NCBI GenBank assembly: GCA_016716225.1
Contig: JADJWT010000001.1
Span: 1,657,726-1,721,725 of the forward strand
Direction of reading: 5' to 3'
DNA length: 64,000 nucleotides
Origin: Ignavibacteriota bacterium
GTDB taxonomy: Bacteria > Bacteroidota > Ignavibacteria > Ignavibacteriales > Melioribacteraceae
Notes under the pieces: generated by a model
The model's input: the letters and a program-made list of their open reading frames with translations, nothing else
Database searches by the model: none
Told to the model about the DNA's origin: nothing
Shown here: one piece after another, positions 34,677 to 43,690 of the stretch
Layout: each line of letters opens with the position of its first letter
Position numbering within the stretch: position 1 is the stretch's first letter
Position numbers and translations under genes: made by a program

Positions 34677-37484
34677 ATGAAAAAATTATTATTTGTTTCA
34701 TTAATTCTTTTTGCAATTAATATTTTAATTGCACAGCAAAATGAACAGACTTTTATTTCTCTAAGAAATACCGGAGTTGAAAAATTCCAGCAAAAATTTC
34801 CAGAGTATGATGGAAGAGGAACAATAATTTTAGTTTTAGATACCGGCGTTGATATGGGGGTTGATGGTTTAACAACAACCTCAACTGGCGAAATAAAAGT
34901 AATTGATGTTCAAGATTTTACGGGGCAAGGAGATATTCCATTTTTTGAAGCCGAAATTGATGAAGAAAATGATGTGGAATATTTTGTGAATGAAACTAAA
35001 GGTTATAAAATTTCCGGAGCAAATAAATTACAATTTAAAGCAACAGATGATAAATATTTTATCGGTGTAATTGATGAAACACTTTGGAAAAATTCCGGTT
35101 CCGGAGTTGATGATGTAAATGGAAATAAAAAAACAGACGATAAATTTTATTTTGTGACATTTCAAACTCTAGAAAATTCGGAAAAATTTTGGGTCGTGTT
35201 TTTAGATCTAAATAATAATGGAAAACTTGATGATGAGAAACCTTTAAGAAATTATAAAGAAAAATTTGATTCATTTACTTTCCCCATAGAGAATAGTCTG
35301 CCCGGTTTTACTCTCGGCTTAAATATTCTTCCGGAAAACAAAATTGTAAGTTTTTATTTTGATGATGGTTCTCATGGAACTCACTGCGCTGGTATTGCTG
35401 CCGGAAATAAAATTGGTAACAATGAATTATATGGAATTGCACCCGGCGCAAAAGTTATGGGATTAAAACTTGGGAACAATAATTTTGCTGGCGGTGCAAC
35501 GGTTACAGAAAGTATGAAAAAAGCTTATTTGTATGCCGATAAAATTTCTAAAGAAAGAAAAGAACCTTGCATTATTAATATGAGTTTTGGAATTGGCTCT
35601 GAGATAGAACAGCATGCTGATATTGAAAAATTTTTAGATGAACTGGTTAAGAATAATCCATATTTATATATATCAACTTCAAACAGTAATGAAGGTCCGG
35701 GACTCTCAACAACCGGTTTACCTTCTTCTCTAAATTCTATTTTTTCAACTGGAGCGGTTTTGGCTCAAGAAGTTGGAAATGATTTATACGGTACCACTTT
35801 GGATAAAGATATAATTTTACATTTTAGTTCTCGCGGCGGAGAAGTTAGTAAACCGGATGTTGTTGCACCGGGAGCTTGTGTTTCTACTGTTCCAAATTTT
35901 AGCGGTGGCGACAGATTTTGGGGAACTTCAATGGCATCTCCATATTCAGCTGGAGTTATGTCGGTATTGCTTGGAGCTGCAAATGTTGAATATCCGGATG
36001 TTAAAATTCCTTCTCGATTTTTATATAAAGTTCTAAAAGAAAGTGCAACAAAAATGGAAGGATATGATTTTATTGATCAAGGTAACGGACTTATAAATAT
36101 TGAAGCTGCATATAATCTGCTTAAAAAATATATTGATAACGATGAAATCAAAAACTTTGAGACGTATACTACAAAGGCATTTGCTCCTAATATGCCGAAT
36201 TATTCCGCACAAAATTTATACATTAGAGATGCATCATTCTTAAATGGAAACGAAAAATTTACATTTAGAATTACAAGAGATAATACAATTGATTCTGAGA
36301 AATTTTACAGAATGTTCAATTTAAAAAGTAGTGTGGATTGGTTAAAACCGGTTCAGAAAAAAGTGCATATTAGAAATGATCAAACAACAATTGTAAATGC
36401 AACAATAAATCCGGAAATTCTAAAAACTCCCGGTTTGTATAATGCCAAAATACTTGCATCACGAGCTGATAATTTAGCTAATCCGGAATTTGAATTAATG
36501 GCAACTTTTATTGTGCCATATGAATTTAATTCATCAAATAAATATGGTTTAACTTTTTCAAATGAAAAATTAATGCCCGGATTGCACAAAAGATATTTTT
36601 TAAAAATTCCAGTTGGAACTTCAAATCTTAAAATAAATATTAATGCCGAAGGTAAAAATTATTCTTCATTAAGATATTATCTGCATGATCCCGATGGACG
36701 AGAAAAATATTTTGGAATGTTTGATTCGGAAGAAAATGTTAATATCTCAAACCAAATTGATGATTTAACTCCAGGAATTTATGAGCTTGTAATACTTGGA
36801 CAATTTACGTCTTTGAAAGAATCGACATATAATCTTAATCTTGAAATTGATGGTACAAATATTATTGAAAATTCAATTGCAGAAAAAAAATCTGTAACCA
36901 TTGTAAATTATTTTGGCGAAGAAAAAACTTTAAAAGTAAAAGGAAATTTACAGGGCTATAAGAAAAATTATAAAGTAAAAATAAGTGGTAATAATGTTCA
37001 TAAAATTCCATTTGAATTGAAAAATGGTGAAAGTAAAAAAGAATTTGAAATTAGTTTAAGCAAAGAAGATTTTAATAAAGTTACTGATTTTGCTTTAATG
37101 ATTTATGATGAAAGCGGCAAAGCTGTTGATGTTAACGGTCTATCATATTTTTCCGGTCAATCTTCAGTATCAAAGAAAACTAATGAAAATGAAAAAATTG
37201 AAAAATATGAATTTGTATTAATTCCAGCTTTTGCTAATGCTGATGCGGAGTTAGAAGCGAATATTTGTGAAAAAACTTACTTTGCAGAAAATGAAAAAAT
37301 TTCTATGAAAGATCAAAATATTACGTTATTTCCGTTTAATGAAATTAAACTTTCTGTAAATTTTGATGAGCCAAAAATATCCAAACCAGCTGAAACAAAA
37401 TATTTTGTTGAATTGATTTTTAATTCGACAAATACAAATGAAGTTGAATTCAAAAAAGTTATTACAATAAATTCTAAGGAATAA
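34677..37484 (+). CDS. secreted S8 subtilase, tripeptidyl-peptidase II-like
   Basis: It has a signal peptide. The catalytic triad contexts are VLDTGVD, HGTHCAGIAAG and GTSMASPYSAGV. The post-Asp segment DTGVDMGVDGLTTTSTGEIKVIDVQDFTGQGD resembles TPPII. Confidence 0.85.
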   Translation: MKKLLFVSLILFAINILIAQQNEQTFISLRNTGVEKFQQKFPEYDGRGTIILVLDTGVDMGVDGLTTTSTGEIKVIDVQDFTGQGDIPFFEAEIDEENDVEYFVNETKGYKISGANKLQFKATDDKYFIGVIDETLWKNSGSGVDDVNGNKKTDDKFYFVTFQTLENSEKFWVVFLDLNNNGKLDDEKPLRNYKEKFDSFTFPIENSLPGFTLGLNILPENKIVSFYFDDGSHGTHCAGIAAGNKIGNNELYGIAPGAKVMGLKLGNNNFAGGATVTESMKKAYLYADKISKERKEPCIINMSFGIGSEIEQHADIEKFLDELVKNNPYLYISTSNSNEGPGLSTTGLPSSLNSIFSTGAVLAQEVGNDLYGTTLDKDIILHFSSRGGEVSKPDVVAPGACVSTVPNFSGGDRFWGTSMASPYSAGVMSVLLGAANVEYPDVKIPSRFLYKVLKESATKMEGYDFIDQGNGLINIEAAYNLLKKYIDNDEIKNFETYTTKAFAPNMPNYSAQNLYIRDASFLNGNEKFTFRITRDNTIDSEKFYRMFNLKSSVDWLKPVQKKVHIRNDQTTIVNATINPEILKTPGLYNAKILASRADNLANPEFELMATFIVPYEFNSSNKYGLTFSNEKLMPGLHKRYFLKIPVGTSNLKININAEGKNYSSLRYYLHDPDGREKYFGMFDSEENVNISNQIDDLTPGIYELVILGQFTSLKESTYNLNLEIDGTNIIENSIAEKKSVTIVNYFGEEKTLKVKGNLQGYKKNYKVKISGNNVHKIPFELKNGESKKEFEISLSKEDFNKVTDFALMIYDESGKAVDVNGLSYFSGQSSVSKKTNENEKIEKYEFVLIPAFANADAELEANICEKTYFAENEKISMKDQNITLFPFNEIKLSVNFDEPKISKPAETKYFVELIFNSTNTNEVEFKKVITINSKE

Positions 37485-37489
37485 ACTTT

Positions 37490-39487
37490 ATGAGTGGATT
37501 AAAATCAAGCGAAAAACCAATTGGTTTACCGGTAAATGCATACACTGAATTAAAACCAGGTGAAGAATATATTCCGGTAATGTCTCCACAATCAAAAATT
37601 ATTGAAGTTACTCCATATTCTGTAATTACCGGTTTAATAATGGCTGTTTTGTTTTCGGCAGCTGCTGCATATTTGGGTTTAAAAGTGGGACAAGTTTTTG
37701 AAGCCGCAATTCCAATTGCAATTTTAGCTGTAGGATTTTCTAATATTTTTAAAAAGAAAGATTCAATGGGCCAAAATGTAATAATTCAATCAATCGGCTC
37801 AACATCTGGAGCAGTAGTTGCCGGAGCAATATTCACACTACCGGGAATTTATATTTTAAATTTGGAAGCATCTTTTTTTCAAATGTTTATGGCTTCTTTA
37901 TTTGGCGCATTTTTAGGAATTTTATTTCTCATTCCATTTAGAAAATACTTCGTTTCAGAAATGCATGGAAAGCTTCCATTCCCAGAAGGCACTGCAACTA
38001 CAGAAGTTTTAGTTGCCGGAGAAAAAGGTGGAACACAAGCAATTGTATTAATTAGTGCCGGATTGATCGGAGGTATTTATGATTTTTTAATTTCAACTTT
38101 CGGAACTTGGGCGGAAATATTTACTTCAAGAGTTGTGGGGATTGGGCAAACTATTGCTGATAATTTCAAATTAGTTTTTAGATTAAATGTAAGTGCTGCA
38201 GTTGTTGGATTAGGTTATGTAATTGGTTTAAAATATTCTCTTATAATTGTTGCTGGTTCATTTGTTTCATGGTTTGTGTTAATTCCAATTATAAATTATT
38301 TGGGAGAATTTATTACTTCACCAATTGGAGCAAATGTTCAACTTTTAATTAAGGATATGTCTGCCGAACAAATTTTTACAAATTATGTTCGTCATATTGG
38401 TATTGGAGCAATTGCAATGGCTGGATTTATTGGAATTGTTCGTTCATCTAAAGTAATTAGCTCAGCAATTTCTTTAGCTGTAAAAGAAATATTCGGAGGA
38501 AAGAATAATCAAGATTCATCCATTAGAACTCAACGAGATCTTTCAATGAAAATTATTGTTGGAGGAATTATTCTTACAGCAATTGTTCTTTTTGTTTTCT
38601 TTTTGTATGGCGTTGTTTTTAATCTTGTACATGCTTTAGCCGGATTATTAATTGTAATGATTATGTCATTTTTATTTACAACAGTTGCAGCTAATGCAAT
38701 AGCAATTACCGGAAATAATCCGGTTTCTGGAATGACTTTGATGACATTAGTTTTATCATCAATAATACTAGTTGCAGTTGGCTTATCTGGTGCATCTGGA
38801 ATGGTTTCAGCATTGATAATTGGCGGAGTTGTTTGCACAGCTCTTTCTGTTGCTGGTTCATTTGTAACTGATTTGAAAATTGGTTACTGGCTAGGTTCAT
38901 CTCCAAACAAACAAGAAGGATGGAAATTTGTTGGAACAATAGTTTCTGCCGCAACAGTAGTTTGGATTATTTCTTTGTTAGATAGAATTTACGGATTTGC
39001 CGGTGGCGGTTTGCCAGCTCCGCAAGCTAATGCTATGGCGGCAGTAATTCAACCGTTAATGTCAAACCAGCCAGCTCCTTGGATGTTATACATTGCCGGC
39101 GCTTTCGTTTCTTTAATTCTTGTAATGATAAATGTTCCAGCTTTAGCTTTTGCACTTGGAATGTATTTGCCTCAAGAAATTAATACTCCATTATTAATTG
39201 GTGGTTTAATTGCTCATTTTGTATCAACAAGAAGTAAAGATGAAAATTTAAATAATGCAAGAAGAGAAAGAGGAACATTAATTGCTTCTGGATTCATTGC
39301 TGGAGGAGCTTTAATGGGTGTTGTAAGTGTAATAATTAAAGCTGTATTAAAAGAAAATAATTTACCAGATTGGTTTATGCATGAATGGGCAGAATCAAAT
39401 ACGGCTGTGGTTCTTGCGTTTATCATGTTCAGTTTATTATGTGTTTATATGATTTGGGATTCATTACGTGCAAAAAAAGAAGAATAA
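37490..39487 (+). CDS. OPT-family oligopeptide transporter
   Basis: A 665-aa polytopic membrane protein with the motif KLPFPEGTATTEVLVAG, typical of the OPT superfamily. Confidence 0.82.
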   Translation: MSGLKSSEKPIGLPVNAYTELKPGEEYIPVMSPQSKIIEVTPYSVITGLIMAVLFSAAAAYLGLKVGQVFEAAIPIAILAVGFSNIFKKKDSMGQNVIIQSIGSTSGAVVAGAIFTLPGIYILNLEASFFQMFMASLFGAFLGILFLIPFRKYFVSEMHGKLPFPEGTATTEVLVAGEKGGTQAIVLISAGLIGGIYDFLISTFGTWAEIFTSRVVGIGQTIADNFKLVFRLNVSAAVVGLGYVIGLKYSLIIVAGSFVSWFVLIPIINYLGEFITSPIGANVQLLIKDMSAEQIFTNYVRHIGIGAIAMAGFIGIVRSSKVISSAISLAVKEIFGGKNNQDSSIRTQRDLSMKIIVGGIILTAIVLFVFFLYGVVFNLVHALAGLLIVMIMSFLFTTVAANAIAITGNNPVSGMTLMTLVLSSIILVAVGLSGASGMVSALIIGGVVCTALSVAGSFVTDLKIGYWLGSSPNKQEGWKFVGTIVSAATVVWIISLLDRIYGFAGGGLPAPQANAMAAVIQPLMSNQPAPWMLYIAGAFVSLILVMINVPALAFALGMYLPQEINTPLLIGGLIAHFVSTRSKDENLNNARRERGTLIASGFIAGGALMGVVSVIIKAVLKENNLPDWFMHEWAESNTAVVLAFIMFSLLCVYMIWDSLRAKKEE

Positions 39488-39506
39488 ACAATTTTACAAT
39501 TTATAT

Positions 39507-39540
39507 AAAACCCAATTCTGTTGAGTTGGGTTTTTATTTT
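39507..39540 (+). terminator. rho-independent terminator
   Basis: The stem pairs AAAACCCAA (39507-39515) with TTGGGTTTT (39526-39534), followed by a T-rich tail TTTTTATTTT. Confidence 0.7.
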
Positions 39541-39552
39541 GAGAAAATTATT

Positions 39553-40689
39553 ATGACAGAATTTGAAGAAACTAGAAAATATTTTCCCTATATAAAAAAT
39601 GGGTTAACCTATTTTAATCATGCTGCGGTTGGACCAATTTCATCACTTGTAAAAGAAAAATTAGATGAATATTTAATTCAGCGATCTGAGACTATTGTTG
39701 AAAATTATTTTGAAACAATTCCACAAGTTCAATCTGCAAAAGAGAAAATATCAAGATTGCTTAATGTTGATGTGAACTTTCTAGGTTGGAGTGACAGTGT
39801 TTCTAATGCTATGAATATTGTTGCACAAGGGTTGGATTGGAAATCCGGCGATCAAATAATTTTAAATGATATAGAATTCCCGGCAAATGTTTATCCATTT
39901 TTGAATCTTAAAAATATTGGAGTAGAAATTCTTTTTGCGAAATCTGAAAATTGGATTGTTGATTTACCTCAAATAGAAAATTTAGTTTCTTCTAAAACAA
40001 AACTTATTTCAATAAGTATGGTTCAATTTCTTTCGGGTTACAAAGCAGATATTAAAGCAATCGGTGAATTTTGTAATAAGAAAAATATAATATTCTGTGT
40101 TGATGGAATTCAAGCTGCTGGAAATACTAAAATTGATTTGCAAAATGTTAATGTTGATTTTTTTGCCGGAGGAACACAAAAATGGTTAATGGGATTGCAA
40201 GGATTATCATACTTTTATATTTCACCAAAATTATTTGATAAAATTTCTCCCCAATATATTGGCTGGACTTCAGTAAAAAACGCATGGCATTTTTTGGATT
40301 ACAATCTTGAATTACTTGATAATGCCGAACGTTTTCAAAACGGAACAAATTCTAGAATTTCAATGATTGCAATTGATGAATCACTAAGTTTGTTTGAAAA
40401 AATTGGTTATGTGGAAATTGAAAAACAAATTTTAGATAATTCGATTTATTTCATTCAGCAACTTTCTGAAAAGGGTTTTGATACAATTTTAAGCAATATC
40501 GATAAGAAAAATATTGCCGGAATAGTTTCGATTAAACATGAAAAAGCAGAATACATTTTAAAAATTCTTAAAGAAAGAAAAATTGCATGTTCATTGCGTG
40601 AAGGTTTAATAAGATTCTCTCCTCATTTTTATAATACACAAGATGAAATAAATTTTGTAGTAAATGAATTATCAAAAATAAATTTCTAA
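39553..40689 (+). CDS. class V aminotransferase-fold PLP-dependent enzyme (cysteine desulfurase/selenocysteine lyase-like)
   Basis: Contains YFNHAAVGP and the PLP-lysine context GGTQKWLMG. I prefer the ATG at 39553, after the terminator. The track ORF start at 39385 overlaps the OPT gene and the terminator. Confidence 0.78.
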   Translation: MTEFEETRKYFPYIKNGLTYFNHAAVGPISSLVKEKLDEYLIQRSETIVENYFETIPQVQSAKEKISRLLNVDVNFLGWSDSVSNAMNIVAQGLDWKSGDQIILNDIEFPANVYPFLNLKNIGVEILFAKSENWIVDLPQIENLVSSKTKLISISMVQFLSGYKADIKAIGEFCNKKNIIFCVDGIQAAGNTKIDLQNVNVDFFAGGTQKWLMGLQGLSYFYISPKLFDKISPQYIGWTSVKNAWHFLDYNLELLDNAERFQNGTNSRISMIAIDESLSLFEKIGYVEIEKQILDNSIYFIQQLSEKGFDTILSNIDKKNIAGIVSIKHEKAEYILKILKERKIACSLREGLIRFSPHFYNTQDEINFVVNELSKINF

Positions 40690-40794
40690 TTTTAATTTAA
40701 TATTTTTTATTTAATTAAAAGTTATTTCAATTACATTTTCTACACAAATGCAATAAATTAGGATATATAAGTGTTATTATAAGGAGTTAATCAA

Positions 40795-41412
40795 ATGAAA
40801 AAAATAATTATAATCATCACATTAACAATTCTGATTTTTCAAAATAGTCTTTCCCAGCTTGATACTAATTCTGCAAGTAATTCAATTTGGGGAGGATTTT
40901 TCAATCTGGGAATGCAAACTTCTTCAGTTAAAAAAAATGTTTCGATTGAGCAAGGATTTTCAAATAATTTTTATGGTTTTTCATTGGGTCTGGGAATTTT
41001 CCAAAATATATTTCTTGCGGGAATTAATTTTAGCGGCGATCTTCCTAAAGATAAAAAACCATTTATAAATAATACAACTCAAGGTGAAAAAGAATCTCAA
41101 GTTCAACTAACACAATTATCATTTTATGGTGGAATAATTTCTCCTAAATTAACATTTACAGAACAAAGCAAAATATTTTTTACAGGATTTTTCACTTTGG
41201 GAAATATGTGGGCATTTGGTGAAGAGCGTTATATAAACGGCTGTATAGATTGCGATGAAGAAGAATTAAATGTAAACGGAGGAATTTATTTAGATCCGGA
41301 AATTTATTTTGTCTATGATTTTGTTGGATTAGGATTTGGTTATAAATATTTTATTACCGGAGATTATGAAAATAAATTCAGAATTAATCTCTCGTTATTT
41401 TTATACGAATAA
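40795..41412 (+). CDS. hypothetical secreted/outer-membrane protein
   Basis: It has a signal peptide (MKKIIIIITLTILIFQNSLSQ) and is Gly/aromatic-rich with an alternating pattern. The C-terminus ends in aromatic residues (LSLFLYE). Confidence 0.5.
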   Translation: MKKIIIIITLTILIFQNSLSQLDTNSASNSIWGGFFNLGMQTSSVKKNVSIEQGFSNNFYGFSLGLGIFQNIFLAGINFSGDLPKDKKPFINNTTQGEKESQVQLTQLSFYGGIISPKLTFTEQSKIFFTGFFTLGNMWAFGEERYINGCIDCDEEELNVNGGIYLDPEIYFVYDFVGLGFGYKYFITGDYENKFRINLSLFLYE

Positions 41413-41413
41413 A

Positions 41414-41445
41414 AATGCTGCACATTAAATGCAGCATTATTTAGA
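41414..41445. terminator. bidirectional terminator hairpin between convergent genes
   Basis: The stem pairs AATGCTGCA (41414-41422) with TGCAGCATT (41430-41438). A-rich sequence lies 5' and T-rich sequence 3'. Confidence 0.6.
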
Positions 41446-41472
41446 ATATATTTTTTAAATATGCAATTAATT

Positions 41473-41688
41473 TTATTTATCGGAATTATAGCTTAGTTCA
41501 ATTTTAATGTGGAAATCTGCGCCGCTAAATAAAGTATATTTTACTTCATCAATTGTACATTTGTAATCTTCGCCAATCAAATTTGAAACTGAAGTTGAGA
41601 TTACTTTTTCTAATTCGCCAACACTTAAATTCTTTAATTTATTTTTTAACAATTTGTCTACATCAATTGGAATTTTTTCTTCTGACAT
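41473..41688 (-). CDS. small hypothetical protein (71 aa)
   Basis: A GGGAG RBS lies upstream on the minus strand. It sits downstream of, and co-directional with, the phosphomannomutase gene. Confidence 0.45.
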   Translation of the reverse strand: MSEEKIPIDVDKLLKNKLKNLSVGELEKVISTSVSNLIGEDYKCTIDEVKYTLFSGADFHIKIELSYNSDK

Positions 41689-41747
41689 TTTTGACTCCCA
41701 AACTTTTTAATTAAGACGTTTTCATAATTGAATTAGTTCAATAAAAA

Positions 41748-43100
41748 TTAGCTTCTAATAAAATCCAAAATTTCTTTAGTTTTTTCTTCCATTAATTTTA
41801 TATCATTTCGTGATTCTACATTTAATCTCAACAATGGTTCAGTGTTACTCATTCTTACATTAAATCTCCAAGTTGGATATTCAATGCTGATTCCATCAAC
41901 TTCATCCAATTTTCCATCAGAATACTTAGATTTTAATTGTAATAATTTATCTTTCGGATTTTCGACTTTTGAATTTATTTCTCCCGAACATGGAAAATTT
42001 TCAATCATTTCACCAACTAGTTGGGATAGTGTTTTGTTTTCTACACTTAACAATTCTAAAATTAGTAGAAACGGAATTAATCCGCTATCCGAATAATAAT
42101 TATCTCTAAAATAATGATGTGCCGACATTTCACCGCCGTAAATTGCATTTACTTCACGCATTTTTTGTTTAATAAATGCATGCCCGCTTACCGATTCAAC
42201 CGCAATTCCATTTGCATTTTTTACTTCTTCAAGAGTATTCCAAATTAATCTAGGATCATGAACAATTTTTTCACCCGGAAATTTTTTAAGTAATGATTTT
42301 GCCAATAATCCAACAATATAATATCCTTCAATAAAATTTCCTTTTTCATCGAAGAAGAAACATCTGTCATAATCTCCATCCCAAGCAACGCCTAAATCTG
42401 CATTGGATTTTTTCATTGCATCAATTGTTGAAAATCTATTTTCCGGTAATAACGGATTTGGAACACCGTTCGGAAAAGTTGAATCGGGATTGTGATGAAC
42501 TTTTATCATTTCAATCGGTAAATATTTTTCTAAAGAATCTAGAGCCGGACCAACACAGCCGTTACCGGCATTAACTACGATTTTATATTTGTTGATTTTT
42601 TCAGCATCATAAAACTTTGATAAACTTTTAGTGAAGTCTTCCATAATATCAAGAGTTTCAATTTTACCTTTTTCTGTAGCAATTTCGCCTAAATCATTAT
42701 TCAAAATCATTTGTTCAATTTCATTCAATCCGGAATCATATCCCATAGGTTTTGAACCATGTTTTACAAATTTCAATCCGTTATATTCCGGTGGATTGTG
42801 GCTTGCAGTAATCATAACTCCGCCGTCTGCATTTAGATAAGGAGTTCCAAAATAAATCATTTCGGTTCCGCAAAGTTCTAAATCAATTACATTACAGCCG
42901 GCATCCGATAATCCTTGAGCAAGCGCTTTAGAAATTTCCGGTGAAGATTCTCTAACATCTCTTCCAATCAAAACTTTTTTTGCATTTTGATGTTTTACAA
43001 AAGCTCTTCCAACTTTGTAAGCTAAATCTGCATTTAATTCTGAAGGAACTTTTCCTCTAATATCGTAAGCTTTAAATCCCGGAATTTGAGACATTTTCAC
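41748..43100 (-). CDS. phosphomannomutase/phosphoglucomutase
   Basis: The active-site serine loop is ITASHNPPEYNGLKF and the metal-binding loop is GVAWDGDYDRC. The N-terminus contains FKAYDIRG. The start may be the ATG at 43094 rather than the GTG at 43100. Confidence 0.9.
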   Translation of the reverse strand: MKMSQIPGFKAYDIRGKVPSELNADLAYKVGRAFVKHQNAKKVLIGRDVRESSPEISKALAQGLSDAGCNVIDLELCGTEMIYFGTPYLNADGGVMITASHNPPEYNGLKFVKHGSKPMGYDSGLNEIEQMILNNDLGEIATEKGKIETLDIMEDFTKSLSKFYDAEKINKYKIVVNAGNGCVGPALDSLEKYLPIEMIKVHHNPDSTFPNGVPNPLLPENRFSTIDAMKKSNADLGVAWDGDYDRCFFFDEKGNFIEGYYIVGLLAKSLLKKFPGEKIVHDPRLIWNTLEEVKNANGIAVESVSGHAFIKQKMREVNAIYGGEMSAHHYFRDNYYSDSGLIPFLLILELLSVENKTLSQLVGEMIENFPCSGEINSKVENPKDKLLQLKSKYSDGKLDEVDGISIEYPTWRFNVRMSNTEPLLRLNVESRNDIKLMEEKTKEILDFIRS

Positions 43101-43215
43101 CTCAATTTTTATAATGAATTACAATTGCCTTAAAAATACAAAAACATAATTTATTTAGGATAAATTTTTACATAGAAAAATCGATTTTTCAAGTCTAAAT
43201 TTCGAATGTATTTAA

Positions 43216-43521
43216 GGAAAATTTAAAATCAAAAACTCCAAAATAGCAAAGTGCGGTAATTTAAACTGTTCAGTTTTTTTCCCAATTCAGCAAAATCAAA
43301 TTTATTCCGAACAAGAACATTTATGTGATTTTTGCAAATCCGAATCAACTCATTCGCATTTGGTTCAATGCGAAAATTGTCAATCAATAATTAATTTTAT
43401 TCCTTTAATGAAACACGAATCTGCAATTGTATTTTATGTTAAAAAATGTTCAAATTGTTACGGTACAATTAAAGATGAAAAAAAACTAATTCCAAACTAT
43501 TTTCCCGAATCATTTATTTAA
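43216..43521 (+). CDS. possible Cys-rich double zinc-ribbon protein lacking a canonical start codon (possibly a pseudogene)
   Basis: My manual translation of the open frame gives ...KCGNLNCSVFFPIQQNQIYSEQEHLCDFCKSESTHSHLVQCENCQSIINFIPLMKHESAIVFYVKKCSNCYGTIKDEKKLIPNYFPESFI*. It contains four Cys pairs. The only in-frame ATG is at 43408, after three of those pairs. Confidence 0.3.
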   Translation, partial: GKFKIKNSKIAKCGNLNCSVFFPIQQNQIYSEQEHLCDFCKSESTHSHLVQCENCQSIINFIPLMKHESAIVFYVKKCSNCYGTIKDEKKLIPNYFPESFI

Positions 43522-43690
43522 TTATTTAAAATCTGCAATTTTTCAAAACCAACCAAATCTATAAATTAATTTATTATCAAATAAAAATATGAACTTTTCA
43601 TTTATAGCAACTATTATTTTATACTATCAAATTTGTAAAATGAATTGCGAATTTTTAAGTTTACACAATGTTTACAAATCAAAAAGGAGA

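Noticed and set aside
35535-35542. GCCGATAA sigma-28-like -10 element inside the S8 peptidase gene.
   Set aside because: The -35 position reads GAAA rather than TAAA, it lies deep inside a coding region, and no downstream start is served by it.
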